From contig JBHGNT010000006.1 of the NCBI GenBank assembly GCA_043228905.1, positions 10,664,001 through 10,728,000 on the forward strand: a DNA stretch of 64,000 nt, given 5' to 3'. Origin of the DNA: Azolla caroliniana (taxonomy: Eukaryota > Plantae > Polypodiophyta). Numbering within the stretch: the first letter of the stretch is position 1; each line of letters starts with the position of its first letter. A program made the position numbers and the translations under genes. Of the stretch, positions 33,293 to 45,144 are shown in pieces. Under the pieces are notes generated by a model. It was not told where the DNA came from and searched no databases. It saw only the letters and a list, made by a program, of their open reading frames with translations.

Positions 33293-35998
33293 TGCAAACA
33301 ATCAGATATGATTCTTGTGTAGCGGAAGAGATGTGTGTTATGTGTGAGAGAAAAGAGATGAGAGAAGAGAAACACAAGATAGATAAGCTAGAGAAATGAA
33401 ATAATCAAGAAGAAGATGTATATTCACATGTAAAATAGCATTTATACAAACTGTAGCATTACAAGGAGTCACAATAGTCACCCTCTCTCTTCATTAACTA
33501 ACTACAACAACTACTCTCTTGGGGAACGTGAAGACTCATAGTCATGGGGAATATGTAGTGGTGTGACTCTTGACCTTTGAGTAATCATAGATTCTCAAAA
33601 GGTGTGTTCACACGTTGCACTATGTTAAGCTTGATTCTCAACACCCCCCTCAAGCTCAACTCAGGTCGGTTCCTTTCAATTGATGTCCGCTTCAGTTGGT
33701 ATCCGGTTCGGACGATCTCCGGTGTCCGCTTTGGCTCGTACCCAGTTCGGACGGTATCCGGTTCTCGCTTGTACTCCCCCTCAAGCTTGGCAAGTCAGGG
33801 ATCGTCAATCCAAAGTCTAACATGAATTGTCGAAGCTTGTCGTCTCCAAGGGCCTTGATGAAGATGTCGGCTGTTTGAAGATTTGTGTTTATGTGTAGAA
33901 GATCGACATCTCCGGTCTGAACACGCTCTCGAATGAAGTGGTAGTGCACTTCGATATGCTTTGTGCGTGCGTGAAACACCGGATTTCGAGCCAGATATAT
34001 ATTTCTCATGTTGTCGCAGTAAATGGGAGTCGGATCCTTGATGGGAACGCCCAGATCCTTCAAAATCCTCTTGAGCCATACGTCTCCACATGCAGTTACG
34101 GCTACACCCTTGTATTCTACCTCCGTACTCGAAAGAGCGATAGTAGGTTGTTTCTTACTACTCCAAGATATTGCTCTGCTACCGGAGCGAGAAGACAAAT
34201 CCAGAGGTCTATCGTCGATCAGCTCTATAGTAGACCCAATCGGCATCCGTGTACCCTTCGAGTCGAATTGGTGTGGTCAATGCATAAAGCATGCCCTAAT
34301 CCATTGGGCCGCTCACATATCGTAATACTCCCTTAGCGCAATCAAAATGGATATGTCACGGAGTTTGCATGAATTGGCTAAGGAGGCCGACCGGATAATT
34401 GAGGTTGGGTCTAGTGATCGTGAGGTAGATGAGGCTCCCGATCACTTGTAGATAATGAGTCGGCTCCCACTCGTCTGTGCCGGAGTCAGCATCTAGTTTG
34501 AGGTTTCGATTGAGAGGGGTTGCCATAAATTTGCACTTTGTCATCCCGAACTTGTATAATAATTTCAGAATGTAGTGTCGTTGAGAGATCATAATGCCAG
34601 TTGGAATCCGAATTACTTCGATGCCTAGGAAGTAATGAAGTTCTTCAAGTCCGTCATCTCAAATTTCTTGGAGAGGGATTTCACCTTGTTGATGTCGACT
34701 AAACTTTCTTCTCCAATGACCAGATCATCGACGTATAGGATGATGACAACCGAGCTTCTAGAGTCATTTCGTACGTAGAGGGAGTTGTCAAATTTCGACA
34801 TTCGAAAGCCGATTTGATGAAGATATTGCGTAATCTTTGAATGCCAAGCACACGGTGCTTGCTTGAGGCTGTAGAGAGGCTTCTTGAGTTGGCATACGAC
34901 TTTTGGCTGAATGTTGGATTCAAAGCCAGGTGGTTGTACCATGTACACCTCATCTTCTAATTCGCCTTGAAGAAAGGCGTTCTTGACGTCCATTTGGTGG
35001 AGGTGTCACCCTTTCATCGCTACGAATGCGATCACGGTCCGCACAATCGTCATCTTTGCCACCAGGGAAAATGTCTCTTCGTAGTCGACTCCTTTTGGTA
35101 CGAGTTGAGCTTTGTAGCGGTTTACAGAGCCGTCAGAGTTATACTTCACCATGTAAATCCATTTGCATCCAATCCAATGTGAGTGGGATATAAGATCTCA
35201 TGTCTTGTTTTTGGAGAGTGCTTGCATCTCCTCATTCATCGCTTCAACCCATTTGGGGTTCTTCACGGCTTCGGAAAACGTTTTCGGCTCCCATATTGTC
35301 GCTACCTTCATCATAAAGGCGTAATGGTACGCCATATAATCATTGTAGCCGAATCGGCTTAAGGGGTTCTTTTCACGGGTGGATCGGCGAAACTTCTCGT
35401 TTGCGGATACTAAATCTTTCTTCATTCCATTTGTTCGGATTTCAAGGCCTTCGAACTCACTATCGAGGGAGTGAGTTGATTCGTTGCCGTCAAAGTGATC
35501 GTCTTCATACTTTGGCATTTTCACCATCCCTTTGTCCAGCTTCAGACTCGGCCCAGATATGCTTTGACCGCTCGGAGGCTCTTCTAGCTCAATAAGCCTT
35601 GTGGTAATCGAGCTTTCTTCGAACATGTGTGTGAGCCGATCTTTGGCTTCTAACTCTATTTCGGCGAATTCCGGGTCGAGCGGAATCAGAGTCGAAGTTG
35701 TCTTTGGTGCGTACCAGGATGCAAACTCGTCAAAAACAACATCTCGACTTACTAGAGGTTTTTGAGTTGAGGGGTTATAGCACTTGTACCCCTTTTGCTC
35801 CAATGAGTATCCTATGAGGATACATTTCTCCGACTTCGGGTCAAGCTTTTGTCACTTCTCGTCGAGGATGTTCATGTATGCAATGGAACCGAATATCCGA
35901 ACATGTGATAGGTCCGACGTCTTTCCCAAAAACTTCTCATGCGGAGTAAGTTCGTGCACACCTGATGTCGTACACCGATGCATGAGGTATACAGCCGT
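33293..35998 (-). mobile_element. Decayed copia 3' half (integrase C-terminus, RT, RNase H) with 3' LTR 33293-33643
   Basis: MDVKNAFLQG, ILYVDDLVI, LSSTEVEYK, QTADIFIKAL; LTR starts TGTTGAGAATCAAGCT on the minus strand like 59330-59722; PPT 33644-33652. Confidence 0.9.
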
Positions 35999-36279
35999 TG
36001 TCGTGAGGAAAATAGGTTACAAGAAGAAACAGAGACCAAAGGCGTGTGAACCGCAGCGTGCACGGATGCACGTTGTCGTAGTGTGAATCACACACTACAT
36101 GAAATATGTAAAATACTATATCCGATTTAAAGTACATATAATAAATAAAATAAAATATTAAAAATATTACGTGCATAGGGTAGGATTCAAACCCTGTACC
36201 TCCACGTGGACAACCTAGTCCAAAACCTCAGTGGTTCCCACCCGATTCACGCAACGTTCCGGAGCCGAAAAGCACGACA
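35999..36279 (+). repeat. Composite LTR: 75-bp start of the 49329-family LTR (35999-36073) plus a second LTR (36074-36279) inserted after ACGT
   Basis: TGTCGTGAGGAAAATAGGTTACAAG matches the reverse complement of the 49961 end; TGTCGTAG...CACGACA resembles the ends of 24022-25252. Confidence 0.6.
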
Positions 36280-36283
36280 CAAG

Positions 36284-36300
36284 TGGTGAACCCGACGTGA
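36284..36300 (+). promoter_or_regulatory. Primer-binding site complementary to tRNA-Trp
   Basis: TGGTGAACCCGACGTGA is the reverse complement of the plant tRNA-Trp 3' end (UCACGUCGGGUUCACCA, recalled from memory). Confidence 0.8.
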
Positions 36301-39300
36301 AAACGGGTGGCTAACAACATGATGATGATGTTCGAGCGCATGCTTCAAGAATAACATGCGATGTCGGAAATAGCGGCGGCAGTAGAGTGGCTCGTGCAAT
36401 GGATCGGGCAATTCAACAAAAAGGACGTATCACGTTATCTTCGGGACTACAAGGCGGGCGGAAATGCTATGGTGCGGGATTTCGGAAGGACTGCAAGTGA
36501 CATCCTTCAACCGGGTGGCTACCAACGGGCTTCAGGCAAGTATCCACGGGCTACGACAACAAAATCCGACGTGGGAAGCATTTGAATAGGCAATAAAGAC
36601 CACATTCGTTATCAAGGACTCCTCCAAGGCAACGCGGAGAGGATTCGAGGATTGGGTGGAAACGCCGGACAAGGGGCTAAAGGTCCTCTACGTATTTTTG
36701 GCATTCGGAAGTCGGTTCGGGAGGTTGTCTGCGAGAGATCAAGCTATCCTCGCACCGGACAAAGTTATCATCTTCTTACGAGTCGTGGACGTCCGGGACC
36801 GGAAGGATCTTGGAGTGCTTCTAGAGGACACGAATACCGAGAGTGGCCTCACTGAAGCATCGGAAAGCGTGCGGGATATTGTTGCGCGATACACAAAGAG
36901 GGGCCAGTGGCTTGACAACGAAGGAAAGAGGGTTTGGGAACCGAGATCCGGATCGGAAGACCATCAACTGCGGGCTCGGGAGACTACAACCGAGAAGGGA
37001 ATCGACGCAACCATGGTGGAGCAATTGCTGAAGGAGATGGAGAATCTAAAAATCTCGATGGTGAAGAAGTCGGATGACCGCCCCACAAGTTCCAAGTATA
37101 CGGACCATCGGTGCATATGGTGCGATAGCACCGAACATGATCGGAGACATTGCGACGAGCACGAGGCGTTACGACGGGATCTTATCTAGTACGAGGGAAA
37201 TCGGATTCACTCAATGGATTCTCGGAAGCCACTTCGATCGAACTTCTAGAAAGGTGGCATGAAGAAGGTCCTAGAGGAGGAAATAACGGCGAAGAGCAAT
37301 TACGCGACAACCGCGGGAATACGTGTCAGGGAGTCATCGGGAGCAAAGGTATCTTTTTGGTTGGAAGTGCTAGAAAACACCGATAAAACCGATTCCAACG
37401 AGATCCAAAGCACCGTAGAAGGCATCCGGGAAGCTACGGGATGGGAGTGCCCCGTCGATAAGAATAGCGTATACGCCCTATGTCAATTGCATGAAGTGTA
37501 TGTGGATGAAAAATAACGGCGCACGGATGGTGTGGCCGGACCATCGAAGACACTGGAGAGCTGGAACTCCGACGGAAGAGGGAAAGGAAAATCGATTCCG
37601 ACATTCAAACTCGCTTCGGACATCGAGCAACGGATGAACATAAAGAAAGTGTTCGAGGACAGAATCCCCGACAGCCGGGTAGATTTTTCACTTCAGGAAC
37701 TACTCGGAATAGCAAAAAAGGAGTTCCATGATCTTCTTGTGGATCTCGTAAAAAGAAAAAGACAAACTAGGGAGGAAAATGCGCCGATGGTGAATACAAA
37801 TACCGTTCTGATGAACGACACCGAAGTGGAGGACGAGATTCCGAATTCCCACTATACAAAGCCACACTGGGTGCGTGCAACTACGGAGACTCCAGTCCGA
37901 ATCGGCAACATCAAAGAGCTTGTGCTAGCATTGATTGATCACGGATCGGAGATCAATTTGATGTCCAAAGAGTTCTATCGGAAGGGGAAGTGGCCTATTA
38001 ACACCAATCATGGATGGAAGATCCGGGCGGCCACTAAAGCAACGGAAGATCTATTTGCGGCTTGTCCAAATGTCACGGTGAAGATCGGGGATGTCGAGAT
38101 CGACCAAAATTTCTTCGTACAAGACGAGGTCTCACATTCCGTGATCCTTGGGCAACCCTTTATCACGGCTTCACGGATGGAGACAAAGGTGCTCGATAGT
38201 GGTGCGGCTTTCGCACGAATTCGGAGCCAAAGTGGAGGGAAATCCATCCAATTCCTAACTGTGCCGGCAAATCATGAAAGGAACAAGAGAGACCTCCTAT
38301 CCCAAACAAGGATGGATTTTTAGAGCGGATTGTTGTAGAGTGGGGAAGTGATAGTCCGAGAAGCCCTGATAACCCAAATAGGACAAAAACTCTTGGAGCA
38401 AAACAAGTAAGAATCGGTCCGGATGGGCCATCTACATACACGGCCGTAACCGGAGGAATGAAGAAAGAATACCGAAAAGTGGAGGATAAGTTACGGTCGG
38501 CATCAATAATAAAAGAAGATGAAGAAATCGTGGGAATAGTCGAAGAAGTGTTCTATGGGAGCACGCTACAACGGCTTGAAGAGCTCGCAGAAGATACAAG
38601 CCAGGGAGACCAGGTAGTCCCGATGGAATCGGTCGAAATGTATGAGATCATTGCGAAAACGGGGCCTGATGCACTCCGCAAAGAAGAAGCAATGGTAAGT
38701 ACGAAATACAAGACTGTGGAGAAGAAAGTGAAACCGGTCGTGGGACCATTACCCACCGATAGCGAGCAAAAGAGGAAAGAAGTCTCGGGAGATCCGACAC
38801 TTCGGAAGTTTGTGGATATCGGACATACCTTCACGGATGAGACCCGGAAGAAACTTCGAATCGATGGAGGTGGTTTCCTCTTACAAAAAGAAAAAGAATG
38901 GTTTCGTGAGATATTGGAGCAACATGACAAAGCGTTCGCATTCACATCAAGGGAGATAGGGTGATCGTCACGATTGACCATGTGCCGTGTGTGAAACTGT
39001 TTTTAGAATTCAAGCCATTGGACACTAAAAGAATATAAGGTATGGAGGATTCACATTTGGAGGACAAGGACATGAACTAACATCTCGTGGATAAGTCCAA
39101 ATAAAAGCAAGTCACGTGGAGAAAAGTAAAAGAAGAAAAAAGCAGACCACCAAAACGCAGTCAGAAACAAATGCTCATAACTCTCTCGTTTGACACCCAA
39201 ATATCACGTATAAATATGGGTTAGAAAGCTTATGACGAGAGCTATCCGTAGCTTTTTAAAACTCTAAATTTGGAGCATGGATGAGGGAGATATGACGATT

Positions 39301-39778
39301 AGAAGATCGTTGTGTCATAGCTAAGAATAGGAGATGGAAAAGCTCTAAAAAAAGCGTGGAAAAGAAAGCAAGCGAAACTTATCTACTAGAGGAGAACTTC
39401 ATATAAAGCAAGAAGAGTGAGGTGGTGAGAGGAGAGCTTTTTTCTTGTGGTGTTTTTCTTGCCTATTCATGTAGTGCGTTTTTTCTAGTGATCAATTGAT
39501 CCTTGTAGGCTTGAGTTTATGTATCTTCTTTCTCTTGTTTCTATGATCATCGCTCCTTATTAATATATCTTTGTAGATTTGGGTTTCTATATCTTCCTTC
39601 TCTCTCTTTTCTATCATCATCTCTCTTTTCACATTTACATAGTATATTGAAGTAGTTATTTGGGGTTGTTACTCTTGGAGTATAAGAGTATTGTATTCTT
39701 TTCTTAATAGTATTGAAGTATTCTTTTTTCTTCCTCTTCTCTTCTCTATCTTTTTTCTCTCTCTCTCTCTTCATCATT

Positions 39779-39795
39779 TGGCGCTCCAGGGAGGG
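39779..39795 (+). promoter_or_regulatory. Primer-binding site, probably tRNA-Asn
   Basis: TGGCGCTCCAGGGAGGG implies a tRNA ending CCCUCC-CUGGAGC-G-CCA (G discriminator and CCUCC T-stem as in plant tRNA-Asn). Confidence 0.55.
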
Positions 39796-39871
39796 CCGAT
39801 CCTTTCTGTATAACGGGAGGAACGGTTGTCCACTAATTGATGGTTGGATCTACCGATTCATCATCAAACTA

Positions 39872-41641
39872 ATGGCACGATATGGAGTTCGCGATGCGAC
39901 AGATCTACGAAGAGAACTTTTCCAATTGCGTATGGTTTCACCAATGTGCTACCTCGAGTATGAGAAGACGTTTTTGGATATATGGTCCACTTGGATTGGA
40001 CTTGTGGGAGGCGTTGAAGATGTATACTTCAAGATGGAAAGATTCAAAGCAGGGCTAGATCCATATTTTCAATATGAAGTGCATATGAAGTACCCAAGGT
40101 CTTTCCATGATTTGCTTCGAGTATGTCAAAGTTATGATCAACAATTGAAGAAGTTGTTATTCGGTGAAGCATATGGATTATCGACGTCATATACCATAAA
40201 TCCAAGCTATAATAATTGTGGATCGGTCATGAGCCAACAACCAGCCTACTTGCAATGTCCGATTCAACAGGTTCCCTCATATCATTATTCTAATTTTTGG
40301 AGTTATAATGATGTCTATGAAGGTGATTCCAAAGACAATGAAGAAGAGGTGATGAATGTGGAGTCCCCCCATCTAGTTCATGAGGACAACCATGATATAA
40401 AGAATGATGATGTGAAAGACGAATCTAAGGAGATAGTTATGAGAAGCGATGTTATGGATGGTGATGCCAATGTACATCATGTTGAGGACATTATTGATAC
40501 AACAAGTGATATGGTGGTTGATGATGAATATGTGCAAGATGAAATGGAAGATATGACAAAAGAAGTTGTTGATGGTGAAGTACCCACAACGAAGTTGCAA
40601 GATGAAGAAGGTAACCTAGAAGTGATAGCTGGAGATTGGCTTTTGGAGATCAATGCGTGTAAGGAAGCATTGGTAAGTGCCAAGATGCAGTGTATGAAGG
40701 TGTTTGTGCAAGATTTGTGTTTTGGATTTGCATTGAGTAGCAACAAAGTTATGTGGGCATCAACTCTTCAACAACAATTTGACCAAGAGCCAAGAGATTT
40801 ACTTGTAATGCATGATTGGAGTATCATTAACTTATCACCATCAAAGGATCCACCACAACTAATCAAATGTATAAAGGAGAAGGAATCATCTATCGACATT
40901 GGCAAGCAAGAAGAGGAAAGCATAACAATTGATGAATATTCGTGGGATAGGGAAAACAAATCATTCCACATGGTGTCTAAGGAGGAAGAAGAAGTCATTG
41001 AAGAGAAAAGTATTATCACCCTAAAGGGGAAAAAGAAGATGATTTCAAGCTACATCCAAGGAGAAGAGCATCTAAGGTTTAGTTCTTTTCTTTTTGAGTT
41101 TCCAAAATTACTCATAAATGTCTATTCACATATAAAAGGAGAAGGTTGCTTCAAAGACCTTATCAAATTGAAGGTACCAATTGCCCAAACTCTTCAAGAA
41201 TCTAAGGTTGTGCAAAAGAAAGATCATAAAGCATTGTTACAAGAGAGTTTCATTTATCATATGGAGAATTTGAAGTTTGTCTCACTTATTGTGGTTGTTC
41301 CAAAGGAGAAAGACGTCAACTTCCAACCCTTGAATGATTCAACCAAACGAGATTTATTTTTGCTTCCTTTTCGAGATGAGATTCTAGATGAAATGGTCAT
41401 ACATACAAAACAAGGTAATGTGAAGAATGTGGTGTGCCAAGAAGAAAGTCATGTTGATGAAGCAAAGATCGACGTAATTCAAAATATGACAATTCTGACA
41501 AGTATCGAAGCTTTAAAGGTATTTGTACAAAAGGTTCGCTCGCTCGAAAGATTTATTCATATGTTAACATGCTTACTTCTATCAAGAGTTATGTATCACA
41601 TAGACCTACTTCTGTTTGGAAAGTTGATGAAGATATACTAA
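39872..41641 (+). CDS. 589-aa Gag-like protein fused to an acidic linker and catalytically dead RT relics
   Basis: N-terminal KMERFKAGLDPYFQYEVHMKYPRSFHDLL (gag-like); C-terminal FIYHMENLKFVSLIVVVPKEKDVNFQPLNDSTKRDLFLLPFRDEILDEM and VDEAKIDVIQNM...RFI, with no YxDD, RNase H or integrase. Confidence 0.75.
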   Translation: MARYGVRDATDLRRELFQLRMVSPMCYLEYEKTFLDIWSTWIGLVGGVEDVYFKMERFKAGLDPYFQYEVHMKYPRSFHDLLRVCQSYDQQLKKLLFGEAYGLSTSYTINPSYNNCGSVMSQQPAYLQCPIQQVPSYHYSNFWSYNDVYEGDSKDNEEEVMNVESPHLVHEDNHDIKNDDVKDESKEIVMRSDVMDGDANVHHVEDIIDTTSDMVVDDEYVQDEMEDMTKEVVDGEVPTTKLQDEEGNLEVIAGDWLLEINACKEALVSAKMQCMKVFVQDLCFGFALSSNKVMWASTLQQQFDQEPRDLLVMHDWSIINLSPSKDPPQLIKCIKEKESSIDIGKQEEESITIDEYSWDRENKSFHMVSKEEEEVIEEKSIITLKGKKKMISSYIQGEEHLRFSSFLFEFPKLLINVYSHIKGEGCFKDLIKLKVPIAQTLQESKVVQKKDHKALLQESFIYHMENLKFVSLIVVVPKEKDVNFQPLNDSTKRDLFLLPFRDEILDEMVIHTKQGNVKNVVCQEESHVDEAKIDVIQNMTILTSIEALKVFVQKVRSLERFIHMLTCLLLSRVMYHIDLLLFGKLMKIY

Positions 41642-44600
41642 TTGTTGTAACCTCTTTCTTTGTGTTGACAAGGAGAAAGATGGTGATGGCAATTGTCAAT
41701 GTGTATGTGTGTGTGTTTAGAAGTGTGAGGTTTTTCCTACCGACTAGCGGGGGTTTTACTCACATCATTTGTTTTTATTTATTTATTTATTATCTCCTTC
41801 TTTGTCTATAGCCATGAATAAGGCGAAGGAGAACCTTTAGTTTTATTAGTAGCTTAGGGTTCACCATAAATGGTTCATCAAGAAGCAAAGGGGAGGGCTA
41901 AATGTGAAACTGTTTTTAGAATTCAAGCCATTGGACACTAAAAGAATATAAGGTATGGAGGATTCACATTTGGAGGACAAGGACATGAACTAACATCTCG
42001 TGGATAAGTCCAAATAAAAGCAAGTCACGTGGAGAAAAGTAAAAGAAGAAAAAAGCAGACCACCAAAACGCAGTCAGAAACAAATGCTCATAACTCTCTC
42101 GTTTGACACCCAAATATCACGTGTAAATATGGGTTAGAAAGCTTATGACGAGAGCTATCCGTAGCTTTTTAAAACTCTAAATTTGGAGCATGGATGAGGG
42201 AGATATGACGATTAGAAGATCGTTGTGTCATAGCTAAGAATAGGAGATGGAAAAGCTCTAAAAAAAGCGTGGAAAAGAAAGCAAGCGAAACTTATCTACT
42301 AGAGGAGAACTTCATATAAAGCAAGAAGAGTGAGGTGGTGAGAGGAGAGCTTTTTTCTTGTGGTGTTTTTCTTGCCTATTCATGTAGTGCGTTTTTTCTA
42401 GTGATCAATTGATCCTTGTAGGCTTGAGTTTATGTATCTTCTTTCTCTTGTTTCTATGATCATCGCTCCTTATTAATATATCTTTGTAGATTTGGGTTTC
42501 TATATCTTCCTTCTCTCTCTTTTCTATCATCATCTCTCTTTTCACATTTACATAGTATATTGAAGTAGTTATTTGGGGTTGTTACTCTTGGAGTATAAGA
42601 GTATTGTATTCTTTTCTTAATAGTATTGAAGTATTCTTTTTTCTTCCTCTTCTCTTCTCTATCTTTTTTCTCTCTCTCTCTCTTCATCACCGTGGTACCT
42701 GAAGCCGATTCCGGTGTTGCGGGCACATATTCCCAAAATCATCGACTTGCTCAAGGAGAAGGTGGCGATGGGGATTCTAGAGCCATCAAACGCTCCGTAC
42801 TCAAATCGATGGTTTACGGTTCCGAAGAAGAATGGGTCACTCCGATTTATTCAAGATTTGCAACCAATGAACAAGGTCACGATCCGGAACTCCGAAGTTG
42901 GTCCGATAGTGGACGAATTTGCGGAAGCATTTGCCGGTCGCGCGATATACTCCATCGGAGACCTATACTCCGGATATGACCAATTCCAACTAGCCATGGA
43001 GAGCCGAGACATCACTACCATGCGGACACTGATAGGATTAGTCCTTATGTGCACACTACCACAAGGCGCAACAAACTCGGTCGCACATATGATGAATGCA
43101 ATGAACAAGGTGCTCTGGGACTGCATTCCAGAGATAACGATGTCGTTCCTAAATGATGTTCCAATGATCGGGGATGCCGAAAGTTCGTAGTCGACCTATT
43201 CATGATTGCGAGAAAGTGCTTCGAAAGTTAGAAGATGTGCACCTAACACTTTCTGGACAGAAATCTGCATTCGGACAAGAAGAAATATTGGTAGTCAGAC
43301 ATCTATGTGGGCCCTACCGCCGAAGACCTAAACCAACCAAGATCGATGCGATTCAAGCTATGAAAGAAGTATGCGAGTCACAATCCAAAGTCCGAAGGTT
43401 TCTTGGAGCATGTGCATTCTACTACATATGGATTCCGCACTATACACATATTGCGGACTCACTCTATCACTTGTTACAAAAGGGTAAGAAGTTCGAATGG
43501 AAACCGGAGCATACCAAAGCCGTGAAGAAGCTCAAGAAATCACTGAGGGCAAAAGCACTAAAGAAGCCGAACTATGACCGACCGCTCATAGTAACGGTTG
43601 ACACAAGTCCAACCGGAATCAGATGGGTCATCAATCAAGCCGACTCGGATGGTACGCGATATCTGATCCGATTCGGAGCAAAGGTTCTCAATGAAAGGCA
43701 ACGCGGGTATGCACAAGTCAAAAGAGAATTATGGGGAGTCGTGTCGGCAATCAAATTGGATCGAGATTATTTGATCGGAGCCGAAGTAGTGATCGAAACG
43801 TATTGTCTTCCGATACTCGGGATGATGCGGTGTTGCACGATACCGGATGTGGCTATGCTAAGGTGGATTGCATATGTTAAGTTACTTAATCCGGAGGTAC
43901 GACACATCTCAGGAAAAGACAACACAGTAGCGGATATGCTATCAAGGGTGCGGTTCGGAGATGACATAACCGAATCCGATAATGAAGAAGTTTTTGAAGA
44001 CTACTTTGCTTCGGAGCACATATGCCAGGTGAACATAATCCAAGAATTCCGAGAAGAAGAATACGAGGGAGAAAGCTTGTTGATCGGGAAAGTGCTACAA
44101 GAAATCGAGGAATCATTGGACAATAAAGAGAAGAGAGCCGAGATCCGGAATAAGAAGCGGCAAGTCCGAAAGTTCTTCTTGAAAAATGGATTAATATGGA
44201 GGGAGCAGAAAAGACCGGATGGCATACCACTTCGGGTAGTCGGGACGAAAGAGCAACGAAACCGGATAATGTCCGAATTTCACGAATCCAATTGGGCTAG
44301 ACATTGAGGAACATGGGAAATCTTTGTGAAAATCAAACAAAAATATTGGTGGAAGAACATGTACAAAGATATAACGGAGTTCACGGAAAGCTGCGAGAAG
44401 TGTCAAATCTACTCCGAAGTTCGACACCGAGATGAGTTACATCCGACATTCTCACCGACAATCAACTTCAAATGGATGGTCGATATTGTAGCCATGCCAA
44501 CCAGGATCGGCCAAAAGAAGTACTTGGTGTTAGCTCTGGAAGATCTTACAAACCAAGTAGAAGGTCGGGTGCTACGAAGGTAAACATGTTCTGCGGTATG

Positions 44601-45144
44601 CCAATTTCTTTTGGAGGAGGTGTTTTGCAGGTATGGGTGCGTAGGACAAGTGATTGCGGATCGAGGAGAACTCGACTCTGATAAAGCTAAGGAATTCTTC
44701 ACCAAACATGGAGTTCGGTTAACACTAACAACGGCATACAATCCGGAAGCCAACGGGAAGATTGAACGAGGACCAACCATGTGAGCTAGAATAATGAGCA
44801 CCTAGATGTCCGATTACTTCCTATAAAACCATGTGAGTTGGAAATTGTTATCTTTAAAAGGCATTTGATTGCGTGAAATAAAGTTTTGTGCTTCATATCT
44901 TGCCAACAAACCTATATATCTTTTCACTAATAATAAAGGAAGTCAATCATACATTTTACACGATTTACAACAAGTAATGTTTTGTGCCTACTTAACTTTT
45001 TCTCTAGAATTGTTACATTTTTAGGCAAAACAAGATGAATATGCACACAATGCCATTAGATCTTGTAGGTTTTCTTAGTAAACGTGGATTTCCTATTTTC
45101 CTTCTTCTATCCACATGATGATTGAATCACTTCATGACGATTAG

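Larger units (their letters stand above)
38990..42689 (+). mobile_element. Very young non-autonomous LTR retroelement (3.7 kb, gag-only / TR-GAG-like)
   Basis: 787-bp LTRs 38990-39776 and 41903-42689 (one substitution seen); TSD CCGTG; PBS TGGCGCTCCAGGGAGGG; PPT AGAAGCAAAGGGGAGGG; one internal ORF. Confidence 0.95.
36074..44790 (+). mobile_element. Decayed fungal-like (Ylt1-type) Ty3/gypsy element, split by the insertion at 38990-42689
   Basis: gag with CIWCDSTEHDRRHC; protease LALIDHGSEINLM; RT YSNRWFTVPKKNGSLRFIQDLQP, DLYSGYDQF, LPQGATNSV; RNase H VTVDTSPTG; integrase IADRGE/YNPEANGKIERG; DHVPW|YLKPIP rejoined across the insertion. Confidence 0.88.

Noticed and set aside
36170-36205. GGTAGGATTCAAACC, resembling a reverse tRNA B-box or SINE (similar text at ~1511-1530)
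   Set aside because: No cloverleaf or matching A-box could be traced, and the match is too short to support a call
39713-39871. Hydrophobic N-terminus of the 642-aa ORF as a signal peptide or env-like feature
   Set aside because: Starts at a TTG inside the LTR CT tract and crosses the PBS; the plausible start is ATG 39872
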